The notes under the pieces were generated by a model. The model did no database searches. It had not been told where the DNA came from and saw nothing but the letters and a program-made list of their open reading frames with translations. Both the position numbers and the translations under genes were made by a program. 64,000 bases of DNA from Piedraia hortae CBS 480.64 (lineage: Eukaryota): positions 62,001 to 126,000 of the forward strand of contig MU005984.1 in NCBI GenBank assembly GCA_010093745.1. The letters are read 5' to 3'. Positions 11,249 through 22,864 of the stretch are shown here, piece after piece (within the stretch, counting starts at the first letter, position 1; every line of letters starts with the position of its first letter).

Positions 11249-12864
11249 ATGGTAGGTAGACAGGCAAAACATGCGACGAATTAAAGGTACTGATGCACCG
11301 GCAGGTCGTTCTCTCTGCCGCCATCACGACCCGGTCTGGTAAGGCCATCTTGGCCCGCCAGTTCCGCCAGATGCAGCGGTCCAGGGTCGAGGGGCTTCTG
11401 GCATCATTTCCAAAGCTTGCCGACACTTCCAGCCAGCATACAACGGTTGAGCAGGACAATGTCCGCTTCGTGTATCAGCCTCTCGACGAGCTGTACATTG
11501 TACTCATCACCAACCGCCAGAGCAACATTTTACAGGATATCTCGACCCTGCACCTGTTTGTCCAGGTTGTGGGCTCTATCTGTCGTAGCTTCGATGAAAG
11601 GGAGATTACGCGATGTGCGTTCGAACTGTTGACGGCGTTTGACGAGGTTGTCACGCTCGGATATCGCGAGAACCTCACAATGGCGCAAATCAAGACATTT
11701 CTGGAGATGGACTCTCATGAAGAACGCATCCAGGAGATCATTGCACGCAACAAAGAGCTTGAGGCTTCGGAGGAGAGAAAGCGAAAGGCTAAACAGCTCG
11801 AGATGCAGCGCAAGGAGATGGCCCGTGCAGCGCGCGCTGGCGGTGGTGGTATCGGAATGCCGCGGACACCCAATTATCCTACCTACGCTCCGACCACCAC
11901 GACCCCAACTGTAGCAGCCGACTCGTATGACAGCTATGCGGCAGCCAAAAAACCCATGCCTATTCGGGCCAAGGGTATGCAGCTGGGCAAGAAGAAAACG
12001 ACAAACTCAATGTTTGAGCAAGTGCGCCAAGACTTGGGTCCAGAAGAGGAGGCCGGAGCGCCTTTGGCTGGCGTGCCTGCGCGAAAGACTGCTTCCGCGG
12101 TGCAACCAAGCCTTCCGGCCTCGAAGAAGCAGCCGACACATGAAGGCGTTCATGTTACCATTGAGGAGACTATAGCTTGTAAGCTCAGCCGCGAGGGCGC
12201 AGTAGAGACCTTTGAAAGCAAGGGAGAGCTGCAACTTAGCATTGCCAACCAAAGTCTCTCACAGATTAAGCTTGAACTGCGTGTCGGTGACACCCATGGC
12301 GCTCCACTCACAGTTCATCCTAAGATCAACAAGACGCAATTCAAAAATCTGCAGATTTTGCAGCTCGCTGACACCAGCAAAGGGTTCCCCGTCAAAGGCG
12401 GCACGATAGCTTTGCGATGGAAGCTTGCAGCCAAGCCGGATGATGTGGGTGAGCCGCCACTTAAATTCACAGTGTGGCCATCGCAATCAGATGACGGATG
12501 GTCAATAACAGTTGAATACGAGCTGACCGATGTCTCCGTTCCGCTCAAGGATGTTGCTGTGGCTATCCCTTATGGAGACTCGGAGCCGACAGTCTCATCA
12601 TTTGATGCTGTTTACCAAGTCATGGGCGACTCGCTCGAGTGGCAGATAGGAGACGTTGACGGTAACAATTCGTCGGGCAGTTTCGAATTCGAAGCATCAG
12701 CACCATCGGATGAGGTTTTCTTCCCAATGCAGATTTCGTTTACCCGCGCAAAGCCCTGGGTCGATGTGGATGTGGCTACCGTTCGGCTGGTGCAGGAGGA
12801 CCAGGAAATTGACTTTACCAAAGATTTGCGCAGCGTTGCCGAGGGTTATGAGGTTGTGCACTAG
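11249..12864 (+). CDS. RET2: Coatomer subunit delta (delta-COP)
   Basis: ATG-only first exon (11249-11251), intron 11252-11304, then VVLSAAITTRSGKAILARQF...RFVYQPLDELY...SNILQDI, MDSHEERIQEII and a C-terminal mu-homology domain. Confidence 0.95.
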
Positions 12865-13002
12865 CTTTTTCGATTGGTTGTATTGTCTTTAAATTGAGAT
12901 GTCTCTATACCCGCGTAGACGTCCACAGCTTCGTATATGAGATCGAGTTTTCAATTTATTATCCCCTACATATTACATATTGCTTAACAAACCATTATCA
13001 AT

Positions 13003-13090
13003 TCCTCATTGGTCTAGTGGTCATGATTTCCGCTTGTCATTGGTTCAATGTCAAGCGCGGGAGACCAGGGTTCGATTCCCTGATGGGGAG
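13003..13090 (+). tRNA. tRNA-Asp(GTC) with a 16-nt intron (13040-13055)
   Basis: Acceptor stem TCCTCAT/ATGGGGA, A-box TGGTCTAGTGG, anticodon arm TCCGC-TTGTCA[intron]C-GCGGG, B-box GGTTCGATTCC, downstream T-tract. Confidence 0.93.
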
Positions 13091-13543
13091 GGGCTTTTCT
13101 TTGACAGGGCTGCCAATAATTTTTTTGCTTGAGCCATCTTCAGAAAAGAGTTGGAATCCATCCCATGGCTTATGAATACGTAACATACAATTCCACCAGA
13201 TTGAATCGCCAAAACGCATAGGTCTATGAGCAAACAACCTTCGCTGAATATGTCCAGTGCGCGAAGCGCAGCTTGGGAGTGGCAGGACTATAAAAAATGA
13301 GCAACATAATTGAGCTGGACAGGCATATTGCGTAAGGCGGGAGCCTCCACTGTAATTACCCTGAGTTACCATGCTATGTACCTTCTATGCAGAAGAAGAC
13401 CGTATCAATCGGCAATGACTCGATCAGGACACACGCCTGGTGCACAGAAGAAAATGCCGGCAGAGTAGTTACCCAGCGCTTTAACCTCCCTCTCTTCATC
13501 GACGAACAGATGTACACACCTACTGAGCCCATGCACAACTAGA

Positions 13544-13897
13544 CTAAAAGTTTGCGATCGCGTCTCCCCTCCATTTGCTTCTGAAACTGTACTTGCCCTG
13601 TGACATTTGTGTCAGCTAGACATACTCCAATCAGGCGCATATCTCCACGTACCTCAACTTTGTAGGCGAGGTACAGAAGGGAACCCGGGACAAGTAGGAT
13701 GTATGTGAATGACAGCCAGGTAGTGCGCGGTGTCCAGCGGAAGTAATTATGGCGGTTCGTCCACATGTCATTGTAGCTGACAAACGCCGGATCCTTGTGT
13801 AGACCTGGGTTCAACGGTAAGGATTGCCCGTCAGTCGGAGGCAGGTACACTTACTGTCAACATGTCCCGCCAAACGGCGGATGGTTGGCCTGAACAT
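13544..13897 (-). CDS. NADH:ubiquinone oxidoreductase B15 subunit (NDUFB4-like), two introns
   Basis: Spliced MFRPTIRRLAGHVD/SLHKDPAFVSYNDMWTNRHNYFRWTPRTTWLSFTYILLVPGSLLYLAYKVE/GKYSFRSKWRGDAIANF; the DPA..R..YFRWTPRT motif precedes a single TM segment. Confidence 0.88.
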
Positions 13898-14133
13898 GTT
13901 TGCGGTGTTGGAGTCCGATTCCACGCGCGGAGACGATCGGTGATGTTCAGCGCGGGAGCGCCCGCGCGGCGGTCGGAACTTGCCAGCCTAAACGAACGGT
14001 CCCAGTTTCAATATTGCACCAGTTCGAGTGAAACTGGATCTTGAAACTTAGAATTAGGTGTACACAAATTACGCTCGAAAGTAAAGATCCAGCTTCAGAG
14101 GGTATTATATCAACGTCTTCATCATTACCACAA

Positions 14134-15297
14134 TTACTCCATGTAGTTCTCTTTCCCCACCACATCCCTCCTCCAGACAAGAATCACATTAACCCATTGC
14201 TGAACGCGGCCGTTTTCCCTTAGCTGCAGAGTAGCGAGGAAATCCTTGAGATCGGCTGCTGCCTTCACAATTTCTGTGACGTTGTAAGGGTGTAAAGCAC
14301 ATTTCGGGCCGCCATATGCCTTGAAAATCTCCTCGTAGACACCAGGGCCCGCCCAATTGCGCAGGCCGTATCCAAAGCGCTCAGTTCCCTGAACGTCCAG
14401 ACGCGTTGTCGAGCCACTTCTGTCCTCGCCGGCGTGAGTCCAATGTCGAATTTGCGCAGGTGGGCCAGCTTCTCTACTGGAAAGCTCTCCGCTCGTATTC
14501 TGGCTAGATGCAACTGTCTCCACTTCTTCCGCAGGGCCTCGATCTGCCTCGCCTCCACTTTCAGCTTGGCTCTCCGGTAGACCTTATATGTAACAACCGG
14601 TGGTGAGTTCGGAGGTGATTCCGGTATGTCTGGTGCTAATTCTTCAACAGGTCTTTCGGTGAGTTCTGTTAGACTTGATTCGGAGTTAGATTCGGATGTT
14701 TCCTGGGGGTCTGGTTCTTGTGAAATCGTGTTCGGCTCTTATGCTTCTTGTTCTTCCTCATCATCGGAGAGAATGCTGTCTGGAGGCGCCTCTTTATAGC
14801 TCACGGCCATGAGTCGTCTTAAAGACCGAAGGCGAGGGTTTTCCTCGCTCTTCTCGGACTTACTTTCATCTTCTTGATATTCATCGTCACTACTTTGGTC
14901 TGCTCCAAGCTGTAACCTATTGGTTCCCCTTCTTTTTATACTACTTCTGCCGCTATGGGTATCCACTGTCTTGGTACCATCACTGCCAGCTGGAGATCCT
15001 TTCTGGGCAGACAGCGACTTATCTTTGGCAAATCCCTTATTAAATTCATTGACAAAAATTTCTTCATCGGAACTCCAGTCGTTCTTCCTCTTTCTCCCGC
15101 TTAATGGCTTAATCTGCGTCCTGAGATTTCTTGTCTTTGTCTCCACTGCTGAATTCGCCCTCGACATAAATTTTCTCACAATAACTCCGCCGCGGCAAGC
15201 TCTGCAGCGACCTAGACGGCGTATCCTCACTCTGGATAACACGCTCTCGGATCTGCCTACTGGGAGTGCTAGTGTACCTCGGAGTTCTTGGGCGCAT
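14134..15297 (-). pseudogene. Disrupted ORF of unknown function (charged, low-complexity protein)
   Basis: ORFs 14739-15242 and 14265-14558 share a frame separated only by TAA at 14741-14739; probable frameshifts near 15120 and possibly near 14400. Confidence 0.5.
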
Positions 15298-15358
15298 GCT
15301 CGAAGCCCGGTAAGGCTGGCTGAGAGCTATTCGCTGTTTCTCTAGCAAATGTTGGTCG

Positions 15359-15423
15359 GCGGCGCAAAATCGAATACACGCGCGTCTTCTGATCTAACAT
15401 GCTCATGTTCGATTTTGCGCCGC
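15359..15423. repeat. Perfect 16-bp inverted repeat GCGGCGCAAAATCGAA with a 33-nt spacer
   Basis: 15359-15374 and 15408-15423 are exact reverse complements; the spacer contains ACGCGCGT. Confidence 0.9.
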
Positions 15424-16269
15424 TTCATCAGGCGCGCCATGGCGTCCTAGCCTCGAAGTTGTTGACGATTGGTGGCTAAGTGGGCGTAAGGGTCGGCCCG
15501 TCCTTTTGTTGCCTTGGCAGTCTTCTTCGTCCAATTGGTGAGACTTGCCAAAGATGACGAGTGGTAAGGCGACCGCCGCTTGAAGTAGCAATCAGCATCC
15601 GAGACATTTGCATCGCAGAAGAGGTTACATACATTTTAAGATCCCTGAAAGCAGGAACGACTGTTTACAGAACTTAGCTAAACCTTATTTTGGTGCACCG
15701 AACGGGACCAACGCTTCTGCAATCAGCTTCGTATCTTAAACCACAACGAATTCAACATGATGATTGGCAGTGCACTTCTCCAACGTACCATAATAAAGGC
15801 ATTATAGACGGCAGGTAATCATCGCCATCTATGGGTATCCGTTCAAGTACGATATACGTCGAATACAGAGATCATTGGGTTACATATCACTGGAAGAACA
15901 AATACCTTGCGAATAGTCGAGACAGAAACAAGATTGAATGGTGTTGCGCGGGAACATCTTGCAGCTTCATGAACTAAGTCGGAATCATTCCGTCCCACAT
16001 CAAATCAACTGTAGTCCTACAGTACTTTATATCTCTCTCCAACAGCCGCCTCCCGGACGTCTAGAGTGATGTTCCACCTTGCTTTGGCTTCAAGGGGAAT
16101 TATGATACCACCTTATGTGCCCGTGGACGATGCGATGATCATATTGCACACAGCGATGCGGGCTTCCGCGTACAAGACGGGACTAAAGGGAATGGATGCA
16201 TTCTTTCTTCGTGCCAAACTTAGAAGAGAGTGCTGGAGGCGGGGCCGCAACCAAGGATATGACCGGACT

Positions 16270-17200
16270 ACTTGCCTGGAAGTTCTGTCCCAGACCAAGC
16301 CGAAAACAAGCAATCGCTATGCACTGCGCGGTTGGCAAAGAGGAAAATGCGTCCCTGACAGGCGGTCCCGGCACCGGCAGGCCTGCAGGTCAAAGGGAGC
16401 AAGTATGCCATGGGCAGATGGCTCAACAACGAGATCCTTTTCATAGACGGGATCTCGATGATTGACGGTGCGTTGTTCCAGAAGCTGAAACAAATTGCCC
16501 GCATTATACGCCAAAACGACATATTTCTGGCAACATGCTAGTCGTCGCGTGCAGCAACTTCTTGCAGCTGACACCGTTCAGCACGACAATGAATCCCAGG
16601 AAGTTGGCTTTCCAGACCCAGGCGTGGAATGATGTTTTGGTAAGACTGTCGCCTTGAAAGAAAATTTTGGGCGGGAGGACGCAAGTTTCATCCGAATGCT
16701 GGATGGGATCCGTCTTGGTGTACTTTCTCGTGAGAGTGCATCCGCTTTTTACCAACTCCGGCGCGAGCTTCCCACCGGGGTACAGTGTGAGATTTGTGGC
16801 AGGTGTGACGTATGACAGTGTTTGGAAGGGCCGGAACGGGCCGAACGCAAGAGGATAGGAGGGAGGTTCGCGGGGGAGAGAGACATCTAGGATACGTACG
16901 GACTTTATCACAACAGCCAACCCAACTGCTCAGCACTCGCGCGGATGTGGATGCAACCAATGCCGGCCACCTCGCAAGGGACCCTGAAGAGCGCTTGTCT
17001 CCACAACGACGTTATGAATCGTGGGGTCGTTGCGGAGGCAAGCGGCCAGAGGCGTCTCTTATTGTGCTTGCTCACAGATCAATCTTGACTCTCGACTGAC
17101 CCGAGAGCAAGGTCGTACATCATTCATCATCGGCTGCTTGACCAAAGGTTCTGCCGGCTTTCGTAAATCGAACGGGACATGGTTCTGTAAAGTACGATAA
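16270..17200 (+). pseudogene. Pif1-family DNA helicase pseudogene
   Basis: Across frameshifts: SRKQAIAMHCAVGKEENASLTGGPGTGR (Walker A), RWLNNEILFIDGISMIDGALFQKLKQIARIIRQND (motif II), GNMLVVACSNFLQLTP (motif III), LAFQTQAW..LKENFGREDASFIRMLDGIRLG, PTQLLSTRADVDATN. Ends are approximate. Confidence 0.8.
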
Positions 17201-17658
17201 CTGAGTTTCACAGGGTAAGATACTGTTTCCGCAGGAGAGCAGAGTATCTATCAACTTCAAACAAAAAGTGATCAGCAGTGTCAGCCTCGTGCCAAGGACG
17301 CTGTAGGCGTCAGAAGCTCGTTAGGTTGAGTCAGAAGAACCAATTGATTGGCTAACTGTATCTTGAAACATCGCGATGCGCACGAGAGCGCTAGCCTGTA
17401 TGTGATCGCCCACCACCAATGTAAAATTAGATAAAGCGTCGTGTTTCAAGATGACACAAATTGTCCAACGAGGGTTAGATTAAATGCGGGGTTGGTGAGG
17501 CACTGCGTAGCGCTTCGAATATCTGATCGGTACATAATCAGCTATTGTGGAACTGCTCAGCCACATAAGTTGAAGGAAAGAAGAATCATGATTTGATAGG
17601 AATGAACCGAATGCTTGCCCCAAGAATCGCATAGTCATCAAAGTCAATCTCGTAATGT

Positions 17659-18153
17659 TTATTCAGAACGTAGTTCAGTCTCGTAAAAGTCTCCCAAGGG
17701 GCCCGACGTGGCACTCATGCCCAGGGCTGTGGGCGCCTGAGGTCGAGATAGACTTGTTTGCGTATCAGCTACGCCGTTTCCATAGGCTTGTGTGAGAGGC
17801 TGTCGAGGCGAATCTGGCTGTGGATCGCGACCGTTTTCGTCTTGTTCTGCGCTCGATCGCAAAGGTTGTGAACGGTCTTCAACTGTTGGAGGAACATTAT
17901 TAAAAGCATGAAGCGTTGGTAAATGTTGATACATACCTTTCGCAGCATCTGTATAGCTTGTAGGAACGGTCCTTGGCGCATCGCCCTCCGACGATGCTCT
18001 ATCGCAATCCACTTTATTCTCCGGGGTTGGAGATGCTCCCGGGAGCTCATACACACATCCCAATGTGCTCGATGACCCAGTGTTCATGCTTTTGACGTCT
18101 CCTTTCCGTTTCCCGCTCTTAATCGATCTCAACATCTTCCGAATAGGTTGCAT
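17659..18153 (-). CDS. Hypothetical protein (164 aa, low complexity)
   Basis: ATG-initiated ORF with no recognisable domain. Confidence 0.4.
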   Translation of the reverse strand: MQPIRKMLRSIKSGKRKGDVKSMNTGSSSTLGCVYELPGASPTPENKVDCDRASSEGDAPRTVPTSYTDAAKGMYQHLPTLHAFNNVPPTVEDRSQPLRSSAEQDENGRDPQPDSPRQPLTQAYGNGVADTQTSLSRPQAPTALGMSATSGPLGDFYETELRSE

Positions 18154-19009
18154 TGCGCTTGGATAAAGGTCTTCCCCTGCGAGAAGCTAGTGTTGCGAAG
18201 AAAAAAGGGTGAGGCGTCAGCTGGCTATTGTCGTATGCACAAAGCTACCCGCCAACAAGTCGGTGTTTCACGGTCCAATCTAAGTTGGTGCAGGAAATCT
18301 GGAGGAGTCGTATCCGATGCTCGGCCGAGGGGGCGGGATGGCTTAGCATAGCCACGGAATTGAAGAACTTATAGTCGCCAAAAGTCGCTGGAAAAAGCCA
18401 CTGCTTATTGCAAAGCTCAAATGCACCATCTGCGACGATTGCTTATTCTGTACAGGCATGAACTGGATCATATTACTGGATCACCCATGTCTGCAGGCGG
18501 CAGCAAACGGCACAGCTATCCAAATATAGGGTCGGTCAATGGCACACTAAGCTGAGTGATTCGCTCGGAAACAAATAGCCCGGATGGCCTTTTGACCAAA
18601 CGCTCTTGCCGTACTGGAAAAAGGGCAGCTTATGCGTGCTGCGCCACAGCTGGCAGTGGACAGACGAGCAGAAGTGGCGCAGTTACGTTGATGGCTGTTT
18701 GAGGCGCGAGCCTATGAATAGAATCAACGAGTGGTGCCCCCATCCACACACGATGAAATGGAATCGACACAAGACAGACGCCCAGCGAGAGCATCGTTGG
18801 TCACACAGTTTGTTACAATTCTTACATGCATTACAAATCACCATTACCGCCGTTGAGGACCCTGACAGGACGAAACGGGTATAGCTCAACTGCTGCACGT
18901 CATTGCACAAGCGCACACACACTCCCCACCAGCTCCGTCCCGTTGATAGTTTTTTTTTGCATTTTTCAGGCGTGTGTATATCCTTCCTTTTCGGCGCAGT
19001 TTTTACGCA

Positions 19010-20569
19010 ATGGCTACACCAGCGTCGTCTCATCCCTTCACTTGCAACTCGTGCCATGTAGCGTTCCGTAGCAGCGAGCTGCAGAGGACGCATATGGTGT
19101 CAGACTGGCATCGCTACAACCTCAGGCGTCGCGTAGCCTCGCTTCCACCCCTGACGTCTGAGGATTTTGCCGATAAAGTCCTGGCGAATAAAGCGTCGGC
19201 GGAAGCGACGGCTGCCAGAGCCAGTTTTGAGCAAAAGTGCGAGGCGTGCGACAAAATATACTACAGCGAAAACTCGTATAACAATCACGTCGGGAGCCAG
19301 AAACACAAGATTCTTTCGGCGAGGCTGGCAGCGAGCAATGGCGCAGAAACGGCCAGCATTAGCAAGTCGTCGTTCTCTCTGGGCGAACCGTTGGAGACGG
19401 CCAGCGTGGCGACGAGCACGGTAACAGCCAAGGCCGACGGGGATGTTGATGGGATTATCGACGAGATGAAGGCGGTGGACGTTAGCCGAGACGGGCCAGC
19501 GCCGAAAAAGGAACAGGGCAGTAACGCAGAGGATGCCGCTATGGACCGGGACTACGTACACAAAGCGGACACCAAGCTATGTCTGTTCTGCAACTACTCA
19601 TCACCCAGCCTGGATTTGAACGTCCACCACATGTCACGGCACCATGGCTTCTTTGTGCCTGAGCGGGAATATCTTGTCGATCTTCCTGGCTTGATAAACC
19701 ATCTTTCAGAGACGATCCAAGTGCTCAACACGTGTCTGTACTGCCACAAAACGGTCCATACCGCCTCAGGGGCCCAGACTCACATGCGGGATCGTGGGCA
19801 TTGCATGGTGGCCTACAGCAGCATGGAGGAGCAGATGGACATTGGCGACTTTTACGACTTCCGCTCAACATATTCTGACGAGGAGACGGAAAATGATGAG
19901 CCTGGCGGCGTCAACCTTGCACCCGAGCGTCCGGTCAAGACGACCATGGTCGGCGAGGATGGCGAGGAACACGAGGTGGATGACGACGGATGGGAGAGCG
20001 ACAGTTCGTTGTCGACAGTGCCGACAGACGAGATCACTTCGATACCAATCGAGCACCAGCACAAGTATGCGCGTCTGCATCTGCACCGTCATCACTCACA
20101 CATAGACGCGCGGCCCCACAAGGACACGGACGGGTTCCACTCGCACGCGCACCACCCCCGGAACGCCGTGTATCATGACGATCACGGACTTCACCTGCCC
20201 ACCGGACGCACGGCAGGCCACCGGAGCTTGCGCACGTACTACAGGCAGAACCTTCGCAACTACCCCACGCCGGAAGAGCGTGTGGAGCGGCGCATGCTGG
20301 TGGCCGACAGCGGCGACTCTGACGAGGAAACAGTTGCAAGCCGAGGCAGCGGAAGTGTAGAACAGAACGAAGGCGGTGGCCAGGTGGCGGCGAGTCGGGC
20401 CGACGGTGGCATGGGCATGTTAGGCGTCAGTGAGGCCAAGAAGCGAGAGGTACGCGCTCTGGAAAAGCGTGACCAACAACACCAGCAACGGGCCGAAACA
20501 CGCTACAGGTGGGGGAACGAGAAGCGGGCAAACCACCAGAAACACTTTCGTGATCCGTTGCTGCAGTAG
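19010..20569 (+). CDS. REI1: Cytoplasmic pre-60S factor Rei1/ZNF622 (C2H2 zinc fingers)
   Basis: FTCNSCHVAF...HMVSDWHRYNLRRRVASLPP, CLFCN, HGFFVPEREYLVDLPGLI, HMRDRGHC, GHRSLRTYYRQN and C-terminal KHFRDPLLQ. Confidence 0.95.
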   Translation: MATPASSHPFTCNSCHVAFRSSELQRTHMVSDWHRYNLRRRVASLPPLTSEDFADKVLANKASAEATAARASFEQKCEACDKIYYSENSYNNHVGSQKHKILSARLAASNGAETASISKSSFSLGEPLETASVATSTVTAKADGDVDGIIDEMKAVDVSRDGPAPKKEQGSNAEDAAMDRDYVHKADTKLCLFCNYSSPSLDLNVHHMSRHHGFFVPEREYLVDLPGLINHLSETIQVLNTCLYCHKTVHTASGAQTHMRDRGHCMVAYSSMEEQMDIGDFYDFRSTYSDEETENDEPGGVNLAPERPVKTTMVGEDGEEHEVDDDGWESDSSLSTVPTDEITSIPIEHQHKYARLHLHRHHSHIDARPHKDTDGFHSHAHHPRNAVYHDDHGLHLPTGRTAGHRSLRTYYRQNLRNYPTPEERVERRMLVADSGDSDEETVASRGSGSVEQNEGGGQVAASRADGGMGMLGVSEAKKREVRALEKRDQQHQQRAETRYRWGNEKRANHQKHFRDPLLQ

Positions 20570-21082
20570 ACTGAGTGCATGGTTGCCCAAGTGCGGCTTG
20601 GCGTAAGGTATCGAGGTTGAGACGAAACGCCGACATGTAAACTTCCCGTGGGGGTCAACGGCAATTTCTCCATTCTATGCATATTCCGCTGGAGACAGCA
20701 CGAGACCGAAGCGTCTGGATCGTTTGTTGCGCGTGTTCCGGTCATCTCCCGGCCGTTAGATGGTCCACGTGCGCCCCATCCGAGTCACGGGAATTGGATG
20801 GATTTTCCAATTGTTAAAGGGCAATGCAGATGCGTTCTTCTTACGTAGAGGTACCTGCATCTATCAATTAGCCAAAGGCAAGTGTGCTGCGCGTGACTCT
20901 CTGCCTGCCAATCAAGTGGGGTTTGCTGCACAACAGCCGACGTTTAACCATCCAATCCACTCTACACCCAGATCCGCAACCACGCACAACCACACGCGCT
21001 CCCACTCCCACATCTACTCCCACACCCTTCATACACTTCCATTTCCACCATCACTCCCACCCTCTCAGCCATATCCTTCCCC

Positions 21083-22864
21083 ATGACGCAAATTTCGCTC
21101 GAAGAACGGCGCAAGACGCTGGAAGAGACGCTACAGAGGCTAAGATGTCAATTGAGGCAATGGCACCTATGGGATGCTGAGTATGAGTGTCTAAAGGAAG
21201 AGATCGAATTGCTCCAGCCACGTGTGAACCATCAAACGCTGGCGGAGCTTTGCCAAGCCTGGAATGGCGACGTGGTCGTTGAATCAGTCATCCGCGAACT
21301 CACCGGCATGGACCAGGAATCGCCGCGTAGCGGCCCACTAATCATGCGGGATATTGACCGGCGTTTGGAGTATGTGCAGCAAAACATCGAGACTCTCAAG
21401 CGCCAGTTCTTCGACGCAGAGGCCAAGCTGGAAGAGTTTGATTTTGCCGCCAGGCGGGAAGCCCAGGATGAGTCAGGCGGCCTGCCTTTGACCGAAATCG
21501 AAGAGGAACTGGATGAAAACGACAATGTTGTTTCGAGCTTCGTGTTCGAGCCGGAAGCTCAGCAGGCACGTCTCATCGACTCGCTGAGGAAGGTCGGTGT
21601 GACGAGCGAAGACGTCAAGCCTAAGAAACCCGCAATTACCAACGCCAGCCCGCCTGCCACCCCAGGTGCGATGGCCTCGCCAGCAACAGCCACCGGTCCG
21701 GAAGTCGATGCAGACGCCACCAACGGATGTACCCGTCCACGACTACGGAAGAAGTCAGTCTCATTTGCGGCAGACACCAAGACAGCGCCGGAGCCAACGC
21801 GTCCCGAGTCAGAAGAGGGTAAGAAGTGCGTCACGTTTGCCGAAAAGGTTGCTGTTGCACCTGCCGCTCCCCTCCCAGACACGCGCACCGTCCAGTTCTG
21901 CCCAATGGTCGAGGAAATTCCCGTCGACACCGATGCGGCTGCGCGGCAAAAGGACCTTAGAGGCTGCTTCAAGGTCGGCGACAAGGTCAAGATCCTCAAC
22001 GACGACGACCAAGTCATCGACGAACACGTTATCTTACCAGAAGACGAGGACGAGGATGATGCACAGAGCCGGCGTGAAATGCTCAAGTATTACCTCAATG
22101 ATGTGCGCCATGTTGTGGCCCAGATGGACATCAGCAATGACTATGACGAATATGATGATGACTCAAGCTCCCACTACACAGGATCAACTTACCCGGACGA
22201 TGCCTCATATCACGACCACCAGAGCGACGACGATGATGAAAGTGCTTGGAGTCGGGAAAAGGGCCCAATCCTCACAGAGGAATATCACCAGTCGATGAAG
22301 GCCTTGGAACAACGCTTGCTAGGCAGCCTTGATATGGGCAGAAAGGGAAGCCAAGAAAATACAAGCGCAAAATCGTCTGTCAGCTCAGACAGCCAGACTT
22401 CGAAAGGAAAGAAGCGGGTCAGCTTTGCGGAGCCTCCAGATGCTTCCGAGCCAATGCCGCCGCATAAGATGCAAAAGCAGCAGCTCCCGGTAACCACTCC
22501 CGTTTCCGAGTCAATACAAGAGCGGCAACCAACCACGGTCAATTTACCTCTTCGTCCCAGTCCAGTTAGAAGCGAAAAAGGCTCCCACAACGCAACAGGA
22601 CAAGCCAACCCGCCGGACCAGCTGCTAGTGGAGACGCTGGTGGAACGGCCTGTGTCCAAGACCCACGAACCGCCCAATCCCAAGCTCAACGAGTTGCAGC
22701 AAATGGACATGACATATCAACGTCTATGCAATAACATGATTCAGCAATGTGACGGGCTCACGAATAATGATGACCTCAATGTAGATGGCTTAATCGAGGA
22801 GAAACCAGATGGGACGACCAAGAAAATAAGCAAGTTCAAGGCAGCTCGTCTGCAAAGGGCGTAG
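21083..22864 (+). CDS. Unconventional prefoldin URI/Bud27-like protein (prefoldin-like N-terminus, DUF3835-like C-terminus)
   Basis: WHLWDAEYECLKEEI, RRLEYVQQNIETL, GLPLTEIEEELDENDNVV, repeated KKSVSFA motifs and terminal KISKFKAARL. Confidence 0.8.
   Translation: MTQISLEERRKTLEETLQRLRCQLRQWHLWDAEYECLKEEIELLQPRVNHQTLAELCQAWNGDVVVESVIRELTGMDQESPRSGPLIMRDIDRRLEYVQQNIETLKRQFFDAEAKLEEFDFAARREAQDESGGLPLTEIEEELDENDNVVSSFVFEPEAQQARLIDSLRKVGVTSEDVKPKKPAITNASPPATPGAMASPATATGPEVDADATNGCTRPRLRKKSVSFAADTKTAPEPTRPESEEGKKCVTFAEKVAVAPAAPLPDTRTVQFCPMVEEIPVDTDAAARQKDLRGCFKVGDKVKILNDDDQVIDEHVILPEDEDEDDAQSRREMLKYYLNDVRHVVAQMDISNDYDEYDDDSSSHYTGSTYPDDASYHDHQSDDDDESAWSREKGPILTEEYHQSMKALEQRLLGSLDMGRKGSQENTSAKSSVSSDSQTSKGKKRVSFAEPPDASEPMPPHKMQKQQLPVTTPVSESIQERQPTTVNLPLRPSPVRSEKGSHNATGQANPPDQLLVETLVERPVSKTHEPPNPKLNELQQMDMTYQRLCNNMIQQCDGLTNNDDLNVDGLIEEKPDGTTKKISKFKAARLQRA

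Noticed and set aside
15340..17300. Calling the Pif1 relic a Helitron
   Set aside because: No Rep/HUH motifs seen, the hairpin-CTAG orientation is opposite to the helicase, and the motifs resemble cellular Pif1.
18606..19093. Short ORFs upstream of REI1
   Set aside because: No convincing protein features; probably spurious.
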